Source: a virus
Taxonomy: Duplodnaviria > Caudoviricetes
Reading direction: 5' to 3' (one strand)
Virus record (IMG/VR): IMGVR_UViG_2595698834_000001
Coordinates: 64,001-128,000 of that record
Length of the DNA stretch: 64,000 nt
The notes beneath the pieces are model-generated. The model searched no databases. It saw nothing but the letters and a program-made list of their open reading frames with translations, and was not told the origin of the DNA. Position 1 is the first letter of the stretch. Each line of letters opens with the position of its first letter. The translations under genes and the position numbers were made by a program. This document shows positions 28,168 to 39,200 of the stretch, piece after piece.

Positions 28168-31100
28168 TTATTCTATGTTTGGTACAACTGCCCAGCCGTT
28201 GCGAACAGAAGAGGTAATATTCAAAATTTTTACTCTACCCATTGTTATTTCGTCCTTAGCTCGTAACTTTTTGGTTACAGTTTCTTCCCCATTTAAGTAA
28301 AATATCTTTTCAAAGTTTCCTGTACCGTCCGGGTCGTAGAATCCTGCAAACTCTGTAGGCGTGATAGCGGTATACCCAATCTCATTTCTGTCAGCATCTA
28401 GCTGCGAAACACGAATACCCTGTAAGTTCATTCTAACATAAGTGTTATAAACTTCCCCAGTTGCTAGTGACCATTTAAGAGGAATGTCTCCGATTGTTAG
28501 CATAATACCAGTTAAAGTAGCGTCTACATCGTTAGACCCAATGAACCGAACTGTAATGTTGTCAGTTGTAGGGGTGAACGTAATATATTCAGATTCATAC
28601 CCGGAGGTTATAAGGGATGAGTTATCCGCTATCTGCGTTTTAATGACGCCATCTTCTAAAATCTGCACCCAAAATCGACCTCTACTTGAATTTCCTGTTG
28701 TACGTTTATTTAGGTACCACGATAAAGTGTAAGGCTGCCCCTCTATTACAGATACATTTTGGTTTACTCCTTGGTACAACCCGTCAGGCTTAAACACAAA
28801 ACCACTACCAAACCCTAAAGAGTCAAGCTCTAGTGTGCTAATGGTCGAAACTGTCGAAGCATTGCCGGGGTATGTTAGTGTCCAAAAGTCTAAACCGGAG
28901 AACCCTATACTGTTTTTAATAAGGTTCATTCCGCCTGCTGCGCTAAACTTGGCGGTGATGTCATTAGCTGTCTGATCAAGTTGTGACTGGGTAACATACG
29001 GCGAGAAGTCGATGCTGTCAAACGTGTCTTTTATCTTTTTATCAACATCGTTAGTTAGATCGTCTATTTTGTCGTTAGTAGCGTAGTTTCCTAGATCGTC
29101 TGTGTTGGCTTTACTCGCTAGGGCGAGTTGGTACGATACTGAACTTGTTACAGTATTAACGATAGCGTCGTCTGTTATGGACTGCTCAGCTTCAGATATC
29201 CTCCGTTGTAGTATCGGAATAATATACTTTAGGTTGTCTGTTATTGTGGCAAGGTTTAAGGCGTACTTTATGTAACCACTCTGTATAGTTGGGGTACCTA
29301 GAGGGTACTTTAATTCAATGTTATTTACTCCTGTCTTTAAGCCTAAGACACCATCAAACGGAACAGAGACTTGGACTAGTGTAGCTAAACAGTACAGTAT
29401 TTGGTACATGTTAACTGAGAACTCGGATATAGCAAAAGAATTTCCAGAAGGTACTGTTGTAACGGACCTAGCAAGGTCGGTGTCTTTTAATGGGTGCCAA
29501 GTTTTAGTACCTGTTTCGTTATAGTTACTTCCGAATGTTCCGTCACACATCTTCCACCCGAGGAAATATGCTTTCATTTCTTCCGGAGAAGGACTGTAGT
29601 TCTCTCCCCACCCAGTATCACTGTCTGCAACGGATATATATAAATCACCGTCACTGTTTAACTGGGCTTGGTCTACTGTAGTAATTTCGGTTGTTGTTGT
29701 CAACAGCTCTCCCGTAGACTTAACTCCTGTTACAGTGGCTCCGATAACGTCGGAACCGAATGACCGAGAAACTAGACTCTTAAACCCGTCCTTGTCGACT
29801 GCAAGCCCCCACTCGTAGGAGTCGTCAATTAGTATGTCTTCCCATCTTTTTTCTTTTGTTAACTCTCCAGTAGTTTCCCATTTGACCCTGTCGTAGTAAT
29901 CTCCTTGCCCGTAGAACTTACCATACATGGTTAGTGCGCCCTCTCCTAAGAACGAAGGGTTTGTAACAGGCACTATTCTGTTTCCGTTCGAAACCCATTC
30001 ATTAGGCGGGTTAGCGGGGTCTATTCCGTTAGCGACCCACCCATCAACGTGACTTCCGTGGAATTCAGGAAGACCTACACTTGCAATAGGTGAGTTTATC
30101 ACCACAATATTTGAAGATGAAGTAATAGGAGCCGTCTCAAACTCTCCCGCTTTACTTACTGCTTGAATTGCGTCTCTTACTGCTCCTTCTCCGACTTGAT
30201 CCGCATATTGCTGCTGTCTCTTCTGTATCTCGGTGTTTAGTAAATGGTACCGAAGTTTGTAGTTGTTCCAAGCGTCATCCCACGTAGCCGAGTCAATTGT
30301 AAGACTACTAGCGGTGTCAATATCCCATGGTTTCGGTGTTAAATCTCCGAGGTATGTTCTCAGTGCAGAGTACGCATTACCGAAGTTTACGAAAAACTCG
30401 TTGATACTAGATACTCCGATATCACTGGCAGCCTTTCGAATAGCGTAAGCTTGACCTAGTTGACTTGCGTCAATTTCTTCTAGGGTCGGCATACTCTCAT
30501 TGGACTCAAGGAACCTTCCTACGATATTTGCGATCTCAGCCCTTACAACGCTTCTCTCATACCGTGTGAGCTTGCTATCAGAGTCTAGGTCTGTTACCCC
30601 GTTGTAAGCATCCTTAACTTGCTGATCTGCGTTAGGATCAAGCTGCGCTAAGTTCAGGGGACCTGTTTGCTCCCATTCTCCTGTTGCCTCTCTGAAGATG
30701 TAGAATTTGAATGGTTCTTGAGACGTATTAACCCATATCATCCCGTCTGTAGGGTTTTCCGGTGGAGTTGGTGAAGTAGCAATGTCGTTCAAGTTTACAA
30801 GTGTCTTTTGTCCTGAAGAGATGATTCGTCCTTGGACTGCCTTTTTGCTCACGTCGACAATAAGGTTACTCGTTCCTTTTACATCCGCAGAAGGGACAGT
30901 TACTTTATCTCCGGTAACCGATGTATACTTTTTGACCAGCTCTCCATCAGACTTGTAGAGTGCCCACGCAAAGTTAAAGTCACTAGTAGGGATGATTGTA
31001 CCGTTTTGAGTTAGCTGTGCTGTAAACTCCACAGACCCTACTCCGTTTTTGTAAACAGATGATCCGAGAATGTCCGCCATAATAGGGTCTTGGAAGTCTC

Positions 31101-31923
31101 GTGCGATAACCACACCCGAATATTTAATTCCGGTTGTAGGTGCCGTAGCGATACAGCGGAATCCTTTTACTCCGTCAATTGCACTCGCAGGTACTGAGAT
31201 CTTTGAAGTTGTGTACCCAGTGACATCGTGGTTGTTTGTATCAGTTAGCAGCTCCCACCCGTCTCCACCATCCGCATCTCCTAGATTTTCCGAGGTCGCA
31301 TCAGCATTTTGAATGTACCACTTAAACGCAGTAGGTGTTACTTTATCCGACCCTTTGTACATGTCTGCTTGTATCTCTACTCGACCTGCACTGTTTCGGA
31401 TCGTGTCGCCTTTAGGAGTCCAGAGATTGATGAAGTAAGCATCCACACCTGAAATACCGCTGTCTACTTTAATTACTTCGAAACTAGCCTTGACGATAAT
31501 GTCGAAGTTTGTTAGTGTCTCTGTATATGTAACAACGCAAGTGAAAATCTGATTTGTTTGGTTAGCAAGGTTAGACTTAATGACAAGCGTTTTAGTTACA
31601 GTTGTTGCCGGGTCAGCAGTTAATGAGTATGCTAGCCCGCTAGGTGTTGTTCCAGCATCCGTTTCAGCTAACGGGGTATCTGTTTGAGTCCCTTCGTACC
31701 ATTTGAGTGACTTTACATTAGCAGAAGGAAGAAGGTTTGTACCATCTCCTCCTGAAACGTAGAGCTCCGGTGTGATTCTTAAGTTATTATTTGTGAAGTT
31801 AGGCGTGTAGGTTCCTTTGTTCGGGTCGAATATTTGAGTACGTACATTACCGTTTAGGTATAGCACGTACTGTTTCGCATCATTCAGGTTTGTTAGCGTT
31901 ATCTGCCCTGCGGTTAATGCCAT
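28168..31923 (-). CDS. tail fibre / minor tail protein
   Basis: 1251 aa; GQITLTNLND N-terminus, PPENPTDGMIW, GGMNLIKNS carbohydrate-binding-like C-terminal part. Confidence 0.78.
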   Translation of the reverse strand: MALTAGQITLTNLNDAKQYVLYLNGNVRTQIFDPNKGTYTPNFTNNNLRITPELYVSGGDGTNLLPSANVKSLKWYEGTQTDTPLAETDAGTTPSGLAYSLTADPATTVTKTLVIKSNLANQTNQIFTCVVTYTETLTNFDIIVKASFEVIKVDSGISGVDAYFINLWTPKGDTIRNSAGRVEIQADMYKGSDKVTPTAFKWYIQNADATSENLGDADGGDGWELLTDTNNHDVTGYTTSKISVPASAIDGVKGFRCIATAPTTGIKYSGVVIARDFQDPIMADILGSSVYKNGVGSVEFTAQLTQNGTIIPTSDFNFAWALYKSDGELVKKYTSVTGDKVTVPSADVKGTSNLIVDVSKKAVQGRIISSGQKTLVNLNDIATSPTPPENPTDGMIWVNTSQEPFKFYIFREATGEWEQTGPLNLAQLDPNADQQVKDAYNGVTDLDSDSKLTRYERSVVRAEIANIVGRFLESNESMPTLEEIDASQLGQAYAIRKAASDIGVSSINEFFVNFGNAYSALRTYLGDLTPKPWDIDTASSLTIDSATWDDAWNNYKLRYHLLNTEIQKRQQQYADQVGEGAVRDAIQAVSKAGEFETAPITSSSNIVVINSPIASVGLPEFHGSHVDGWVANGIDPANPPNEWVSNGNRIVPVTNPSFLGEGALTMYGKFYGQGDYYDRVKWETTGELTKEKRWEDILIDDSYEWGLAVDKDGFKSLVSRSFGSDVIGATVTGVKSTGELLTTTTEITTVDQAQLNSDGDLYISVADSDTGWGENYSPSPEEMKAYFLGWKMCDGTFGSNYNETGTKTWHPLKDTDLARSVTTVPSGNSFAISEFSVNMYQILYCLATLVQVSVPFDGVLGLKTGVNNIELKYPLGTPTIQSGYIKYALNLATITDNLKYIIPILQRRISEAEQSITDDAIVNTVTSSVSYQLALASKANTDDLGNYATNDKIDDLTNDVDKKIKDTFDSIDFSPYVTQSQLDQTANDITAKFSAAGGMNLIKNSIGFSGLDFWTLTYPGNASTVSTISTLELDSLGFGSGFVFKPDGLYQGVNQNVSVIEGQPYTLSWYLNKRTTGNSSRGRFWVQILEDGVIKTQIADNSSLITSGYESEYITFTPTTDNITVRFIGSNDVDATLTGIMLTIGDIPLKWSLATGEVYNTYVRMNLQGIRVSQLDADRNEIGYTAITPTEFAGFYDPDGTGNFEKIFYLNGEETVTKKLRAKDEITMGRVKILNITSSVRNGWAVVPNIE

Positions 31924-31936
31924 TTAAGTCTCCTCC

Positions 31937-33973
31937 TTATTGATCTTGAATCTCACAGTTAAACGTAGCACGAGCCCTTACATCGGCTGCGGTGATTACT
32001 ATGGATTTCTTCCCGACAGCATTTGCGCTATTCCAATTCATATCCTCAGCGGCATCGTCTGATACTCTGGTCCATTTAAAACGACTAGCATCAATTGAGT
32101 CTGTGATCTCTTGGTCTCCTCTAAACACTTTACAGAAGATAGTTGTATTAATCAGCCCATCCTTAAACACGAGTCCGTTTGTACTGAAAATCTCTGCCTT
32201 ATAAGGTACCTTCTTTTCGACCTCTGTTACTCGATCATTAGTATTTTGAATGTCTTCCGTTGCCTTTTTCTCAACGTCTGCGATTTTCGTGTTAACGTCT
32301 GAGACAGCTTTAGTAAACTCCTCTGATTTGACACGACTCTTGATCTCATTATCGAGAATAGTAAACTGTGCCTCTGTATACCTCCTAGATGCGTTCTCAG
32401 CTTCTTTAGCCATGGATAGTGCTATTGCATCTGCTGCCTTTTGAAACGCCGCAGAGAGGTTAGCAATAGCTGTTCTGTAGTCTTGGAAAGCTCCGTTAAC
32501 TGCTTGACGGTCTTCATCGGTTATCTTTCCGTCCTGTATTGCAGCGTTAATGATGTCTATAAGCTCAGCGAATTTGCTATCATAGGCGCCTTTGGCAACT
32601 TCTAAAAAGTCATGTTGCTCCGTAGGCAAGTACTCGTTACTAATCATTTCTTCGTACTTTGCGTCAAGATCAATCTTCTCAGTTCTAAGGTTGTTTATGT
32701 ATGATTCAATGACCTTGGCTTCAGCTTGGTCAATAATTCCGTCTTGGAAAGCTCCTTCGATGTAGTCGTCAAGATTCTTTATAACATCGTTAAGGTCATC
32801 AATTTCTTTCTTGGCTCCGTCATAGAGTTCCTTTGATTTCCTCTCGACTTCTTCAAGATCAACGTCTAGCTCTTCTCTACTTACCTTCATATCTATTTTA
32901 CCATTAACGACTGTAATTTCTGTTTTTATGTTGTTGAGGTCGTTAATAATGTCCTCTAGTGGGTTTTCCCCGGGTTCCCCTCCGCCCCAAGAGGATATCG
33001 GTTTTCCATTTATGTAAACACCTTTGCTGTTGACTGTAAGCTCATGTTCTCTTGACTTCATGATTACGTCTCCGTCATCATTTATGCCAATCTTAGAAAA
33101 CTTCTCCGGATCACCTTCAGGGTCAGTAGTCCCTTTGTTTTGGACAATGTGAAATGTACCATCCGTAGTCATCTCCATGAAGGTGATTCCGGTCCCTTCT
33201 TTGTGCCTGCTGCCCATTCTAACCGTACCGTCTGCCTTAATGAAGAATGTTACCCTATGGCTCTCGTAAATGCCTTGGTGGACATACAACACAGTCGGAG
33301 AAGCAGCTGACTTTGGCTCTATTAACTCGCCATTAGCGTAGCGGGAACTAGGGAGATCGTCATAGTCAAACCCTCCGTCCTGCACATAGGAGTTGTCAGG
33401 ATCAGAGTCAGTTATGTATAAAAATGACTTGCCTGAGAAGGTTACTTCTTGGTTTCCATGTCCGTCAATGTTTCTATAAGTCATAGAAGGATATAAAGTG
33501 AATAGCTGCCACAGCTCTTGTTGGATAGCCTCCTGAGACTCATCAGCGCTAGAAAATGTTGTTCTTGTGAGCTGAGATTGGTTATCTGTATCTCCGTAAA
33601 TATTTAGAACGATAGGCTGATCCTTGCTGCCTTCGAGGTAACCTATTAAGACAAGTGATCCTACAGTCATTAGTGTGTTACTTCCGTATACGTTCCCGTC
33701 AGGAGTTGTACCTCCAAAAGCTACAGGTAGTCGTGCTGAGAACTTTCCGTTGTCGTTAGGGTTTCCTCCGGTCGTGTTCTTGTAGATTGTTGTAGTAACG
33801 TCTACTGTATTATATTTGTAGTTAACTTTCGTTACTCGAGCGAGGGATAGTTTAACAACTTTGTCTCCTTCTTTGTATCTACGCTCCCGTTCAGCTCCTA
33901 GTGTAGACTGGAACCTCATAGGCTCTAACGGGTTTAAAAAGTTTCCAAATTCGTTATCTGCCATTACATTCAC
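31937..33973 (-). CDS. tail spike / central baseplate protein
   Basis: OB-fold-like N-terminus (LARVTKVNYKYNTVDV...GSLVLIGYLEG), coiled coil, C-terminal FKWTRVS domain. Confidence 0.7.
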   Translation of the reverse strand: MNVMADNEFGNFLNPLEPMRFQSTLGAERERRYKEGDKVVKLSLARVTKVNYKYNTVDVTTTIYKNTTGGNPNDNGKFSARLPVAFGGTTPDGNVYGSNTLMTVGSLVLIGYLEGSKDQPIVLNIYGDTDNQSQLTRTTFSSADESQEAIQQELWQLFTLYPSMTYRNIDGHGNQEVTFSGKSFLYITDSDPDNSYVQDGGFDYDDLPSSRYANGELIEPKSAASPTVLYVHQGIYESHRVTFFIKADGTVRMGSRHKEGTGITFMEMTTDGTFHIVQNKGTTDPEGDPEKFSKIGINDDGDVIMKSREHELTVNSKGVYINGKPISSWGGGEPGENPLEDIINDLNNIKTEITVVNGKIDMKVSREELDVDLEEVERKSKELYDGAKKEIDDLNDVIKNLDDYIEGAFQDGIIDQAEAKVIESYINNLRTEKIDLDAKYEEMISNEYLPTEQHDFLEVAKGAYDSKFAELIDIINAAIQDGKITDEDRQAVNGAFQDYRTAIANLSAAFQKAADAIALSMAKEAENASRRYTEAQFTILDNEIKSRVKSEEFTKAVSDVNTKIADVEKKATEDIQNTNDRVTEVEKKVPYKAEIFSTNGLVFKDGLINTTIFCKVFRGDQEITDSIDASRFKWTRVSDDAAEDMNWNSANAVGKKSIVITAADVRARATFNCEIQDQ

Positions 33974-33979
33974 CTACCT

Positions 33980-36124
33980 TTAGGGTCTTTTAACATGCCC
34001 ATTAAATTTCTGCCACCAGTAACCACTAGTCATATCCGCTTCAGCGATACCGCTGCTACTTTGTGCTCCGATAAATTTACCGTTCCCGTTGTAGATACCG
34101 ATATGCCCATCCCGCTTATATGTATCAAAATACACTAGGTCTCCTTTTTGCAGCTGTGCTTTTGCTGCTGTCTTAGACGACCCCCTAGAACTAACAGTTC
34201 GTAGCTGAGGATCACTAGCAATGGTGTCTGTAGTCATTCCTGTCTTTCCACCTTTAAGTGTTATTCCGTTAAGATAGAAACACCACCAAATGAACGAAGA
34301 ACAGTCAACGTTTACAGTTCCGCTGAGGAATGGGTTCTTTCCATTTCTTCCTCCGCCAAATACATACTTCGACTTTCGGGACGTGGCTGCTTGAGCTGTT
34401 TGAAGGGCTCCCATGGCTCCTCCGCTACCAGTACCACCTCCCCAGTCTCCTCCGCCGTTCCCATCTGCGGGAGTGCTACTGGCTTCCTGTTTCTTTCTCT
34501 GTAGCTCTGCAAGGGAAAGTTCTCCTAGATATCCTCCTAGGAACTCCTTAGATTTTCCCCATAGATTTCCGAACCGGTTTGAGCCTCCGTTAGGTAGACC
34601 TCGAGTAACCCCTACAACAGTTGTGTACCCATTAGCAAAGCTGAACTCATGTTGGACAGCCTCAATGTAAAACTCCCACGTAGTATCCCTCTCAAAGTCA
34701 ACGTAGTAAAGTTTCGAACCTACTCTATATGTAGGTGACCCTATAATACGAATATCTCCATTATAGAAGTTAGCATTCTCGCAGTACCAGTTAAACAGTT
34801 TTTGTGTAAATGCTTCTAGCTTGTCAGTAGCGATAGAGTTTTCTTTGTTCACGCTCTGCTTTTGGTCAGATGTACCCGTCTCTGATAGGATGTCTCGGTA
34901 CCTCTCACTTGTAAGGTCGTTATCTTTTAAGGCATCAATAATTTTGTTAATTGACCCTTTAGTTAGAGTTGGGAAAGTAGTCGCCATTTCGGAGAAAATA
35001 ACGTTTCTTTGTGTTCTAATAACTTCCGGCTCATCAAACTTATTGTCAGAAATAAGTCCTAGAACTTCCCCATACTTAGGGGCGTCTCCCGTAATGTTTT
35101 GAACATTCGGATTTGTTGAAGCAGTGATTGTACCGGATAGAAGGTACCTATTTTGGGCGTCTAGTCTCTTGTACCCGTATTTCTTTATTAGATCTGGGTG
35201 GAACTTAGGGAATACTCCTAAGTCGATATTGTTGAACTCAGCTAAGTTAGGTGCCTGTACAACGAACAGGGAGTACATTTCTGCGTCAGATTTTCCGAAC
35301 GTTTCTTCTACAACTACATCCGAGGTTATTCGGTACACTGGTAGCTGCGCCCATTTATCAGGATCGAATGGAGTTGGTCTCATTAGTGCTGCACATTTAC
35401 CGTCCTTCGTGAACTCGAAGAACAGTTCGTTGAAGGGTTTAGCAGTAACATCATCGAGAAACTGCCGGATGCTGCCCTCATAGTTGATAAAAGGTGTGCT
35501 GTCTCCTAGAGATTCATATTCTTCCCAGCTAGAGAAGCTGTGCTCTAAGAAATCCGGTAAGCTTTTCCCGCCTGCGAACTCGTATGTGGCATACTGATAA
35601 ATAAATCTATTCATCAATTCATTTCCGATACCTGCTGCGGTGTTTCCTGAAAATTTTAACCCTTTGTCTTCTCCATCCGGTAGCCAACCAATTGTTGGCA
35701 CGTTAGCTGACACTTCTTGGATTACTCCTACTTCAAAGTCAATAAGTGCCTTTGTCATTGCTCGACCAGTAATACGGTAAAGAATAGTTCCGTCTGCGTA
35801 TTCTCCGTCTCTTCGAATGTCAGAAATCATGCCTACCATTATGTACGGGTTATCTGGACTAGGTTTTGTTCTATCTGGGTATACTCTAATACGCACTGCA
35901 TCTCCAGAGCTTAGGAGTGTATCCCATTTCTCTTTAGCTAGTAGAACCAGTGAGAACACGGGGCTGTCATCTGACGAGGCATTTTTCGTGCTGAAGGAGA
36001 TGAGCGATTCTTCGAAGTCTTTTGACGTTAGCGCTTTTTGTGTATCGTACACTATGTTGTATGAATTTTCTTGTGTATAGAAATTTATTTTGAATGTTGG
36101 GTATCTTTTAACTGCGGTTGTCAC
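33980..36124 (-). CDS. baseplate hub / tail lysin with C-terminal NlpC/P60 peptidase
   Basis: YVFGG...VDCSSFIWW...GDLVYF...GHIGIY catalytic Cys/His motifs. Confidence 0.88.
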   Translation of the reverse strand: MTTAVKRYPTFKINFYTQENSYNIVYDTQKALTSKDFEESLISFSTKNASSDDSPVFSLVLLAKEKWDTLLSSGDAVRIRVYPDRTKPSPDNPYIMVGMISDIRRDGEYADGTILYRITGRAMTKALIDFEVGVIQEVSANVPTIGWLPDGEDKGLKFSGNTAAGIGNELMNRFIYQYATYEFAGGKSLPDFLEHSFSSWEEYESLGDSTPFINYEGSIRQFLDDVTAKPFNELFFEFTKDGKCAALMRPTPFDPDKWAQLPVYRITSDVVVEETFGKSDAEMYSLFVVQAPNLAEFNNIDLGVFPKFHPDLIKKYGYKRLDAQNRYLLSGTITASTNPNVQNITGDAPKYGEVLGLISDNKFDEPEVIRTQRNVIFSEMATTFPTLTKGSINKIIDALKDNDLTSERYRDILSETGTSDQKQSVNKENSIATDKLEAFTQKLFNWYCENANFYNGDIRIIGSPTYRVGSKLYYVDFERDTTWEFYIEAVQHEFSFANGYTTVVGVTRGLPNGGSNRFGNLWGKSKEFLGGYLGELSLAELQRKKQEASSTPADGNGGGDWGGGTGSGGAMGALQTAQAATSRKSKYVFGGGRNGKNPFLSGTVNVDCSSFIWWCFYLNGITLKGGKTGMTTDTIASDPQLRTVSSRGSSKTAAKAQLQKGDLVYFDTYKRDGHIGIYNGNGKFIGAQSSSGIAEADMTSGYWWQKFNGHVKRP

Positions 36125-36225
36125 TTACAATCACCCTTTATATTTTTTATCACGTAAATCAACCCCCTCATATACTATTATAACACGAGTATTCTAAGTT
36201 ATCTAGGAACAACAAAAGAGAGCTG

Positions 36226-39200
36226 TTACGCCCTCTTTGTCTCTTTAGAGTAGAAATTTGCCGAGCTGTACACTCGTGCTTGCACCGCTTGCCCGATTTT
36301 TTTAAGCTCACTACTATTCTTAACCTTCTCAGCTACAGACTCGTTACCACTAACTGAAACGTTAATATTTGAGTTGACCTGTAGTTTGCTACTTGAGGCA
36401 GTCGCTGTAGCTGCTCGTGATTTGCTATTGTCTTTATACTGAGTGGAACCGAATTTGTCATAAAAGTCTTGAGCATATTTTTGACGTTTCGGCATTGCTG
36501 ATCCTCCTGACCGTTCGAAAGCTTTCTCGAACAGTTCAGTAGCGTTAGACACGTTAGCTCCTTTAAGGGCATCCATACCTCCATTACGGTTCAATATAGA
36601 CTTAAAGGTGCTCTCTCCGCCGTTCATTTCTTTCCACATGAATTGGAGCTGTGTGTCTAGTGAGTTGACGTCCATTCCGCCCTTTTTAGCAAAATCGTGA
36701 AGGTTTTTCTTACGTCCTCCTAGCCATTGACCTACACCGAACGCTCCACTAGAGCTATTCTTGGCTGTAGGATCGAGACCTGATTCTTGCTGTAGGTTCC
36801 CCATGATACCCGCTATCGCAGACGGCTTAAAACCTTTGTCAGAAAAGAAATTCCATATCTTCTCTGAGTTGCTATTCCCTTCAAGAGGACCAGCAGCTAC
36901 TGTACCTGTAGCGTCATTAGACGTGTTGGAGCCGAAGATACCATTTTGAAGTCTTGCTTGGTTTAGCATGGCTTCTGCTCTTGATAGGAGGTTTTCGTAA
37001 ATCTTAAGGTTCTCTCGCTCCTGAGCAATGTTATCGGTTCTTTTTGTTTCTGCTCGATCCTTGGTGTTGGTGTTCTCTTTGTCTAGCTGATTCTTTACGG
37101 TAGCCTCTTGGGTCTTGGATGTGGTTTCATTTGTTTGCGTTGCTGCCGCAGCAGTTTCGTTTTTACCTCCATCAAACATTCCACCAATCCATCCACCTAA
37201 GCTACTACCTGCGATACCTCCGACGATACCTCCACCAATACCTCCGACAATGTTACCGACTCCCGGTACAATACTCCCTAGAGCTGCTCCGGCTGCTGCA
37301 CCTGCTCCGATACCACCTAAGATACCTCCAGCTGCTGCACCTGTAGCTTCACCCTTCTTGTCTTCAGGTGCCATAACGATAGACCCTACTCCGGTTGCAA
37401 TACCGATAGGGAGTGCTGCTTTACTTAGGAATGATCCTGCTTTTGAAAGCATACCACCCGAAGCTCCCGTTGCTGCTCCTTCTACGGCTCCACTTGCTGC
37501 GCCTCCGCCTCCGAACCATCCTCCGATTTTACCTAGGATGCCTTTAGAACCTCCGGATGCGCCTTCAGCTGCTGCGGTTGCGGCAGATGATATAGGTCTG
37601 CCATCTGCTCCGACAATGCCTCCAGTACCAGCTGCTCCAGTACCAGCTGCGACACCTCCGCCCCCGCCGGGACGTCCTCCAGTGCCTGCTGCGAATGTTG
37701 TAGCACCTCCGGGTCCTCCTGTAGCATGTTGCCCTCTACCGAACCTGCCGGATAGAGCACCTACGCCTTTACGAAGTAATGCTGACCCGCCTAATGAGGC
37801 TGCTGCTGTTGCAGCTGCGACAGTGAAGGCTCCCATAGCTAGGATACCAGCGTAGGTAGCAGCGTTGAACCCTGACATGCTTGCATTAGCTTTACGAAGA
37901 ACTTCTCCGTAGTCGTAGAGTTGCGTGGCTTGTTTCTGTGTAGTTGCGTCACTTTGGTTATCAGTAGCCTCATGTGACTTTTGGTACTGGTCTAGCTTAT
38001 CAGCTCCTGCCTCTGCACCTACACCTTTGTTACCTTCAAGAACACCTTGTAGATTCTCTTTTGTTAGAGATCCGTTCCTGTATAGTCCCATAAGTCCTTC
38101 TGTCTGAGAGGATGTTATATCTACTCCTAGCTGAGATTGGACGATTCTTGCAAAGGCTTCATTCTGTCCGGACTCATCGGTAGTCACACTTTCCGCAGCA
38201 GCTGCGAGGTCACGTATGTTGTCAGGATTACTTATCCCTTTCTCCATGCGTTCTCTGAGCTCCCAGCTTCCGCTTAGACCTTGGTACTTCGTACCTTGCC
38301 CCATAAGGAGTCTTAGTTGCGGGTTGTTAACACCTTGACGTAAACCTTCATTCATATTCGTTAAGAGTTGCCCGCCTTGTTCTCCTTGAAGCGATCTAAC
38401 ACCTGTACCAGCTAACATAGACTGCATTCCCATGACGTTCATGACGTCTTGGTTATTTAGGGCTCTACCATTTGAAACGCTCCCTAGAAGCCCCTGTAAA
38501 GCTTTTAATTGATCCTTCTCTCGACCTTCCATACCGCTTTGCTTGATAGCGCCAATGAAGCCATCTTGAATGTCTTTCACTTGGTTACCGCTAACTGCTC
38601 CTGTCTTGAACATAGAGCTAAAGAAGTCACCTGTAGTCTGTGCATCTATTCCAGCTGAACGGGAGAATCTCGCTTGGTTTACCATTGCAGAGTTAAGATC
38701 GTCCATATTAGAGAATCCATTTGCAGACATATACCCGCCTTGGAATTGCAACATCTCTTGACCTGTGAAACCTAGTTTATCCTGTAGTCCACCTTCAAGA
38801 GCCGCATCTCTAATTTGGCTACGCCATTGGTCTCCTTCAAGACCTGCGTGGCTACCCATACCGATAACATCGTCACGCATACCTTTATTCAAAGAAGCGC
38901 CTTGCATATATAGACCGCCTGCTACAGCACCTACAGCACCCGTCATCGCAAAACCTAAAGCAGGGGCACGTTCATAAGCCATACCAAGAGCAGTTCCTCT
39001 ATCCGGTTTAACCTCTACTCCGCCATTCTTTGATACACGTTGATTATACTGTTTCATGTTCTCAGTAGTTCGGTTAAGGACACGGTCAAACTCCATACGT
39101 GCTTCTCTTTCTTTATCTAACGCTTCGATAGTCTGTTGAAGAGCGACCTTCTTATCAATCTCAGCTTGTGTAGCTGCTGGATTGTTTTCAATATCTTTAA

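Noticed and set aside
37115-37855. 246-aa Pro/Ala-rich plus-strand ORF
   Set aside because: Antisense shadow of the Gly/Ala-rich part of the tape measure gene; no SD or promoter support.
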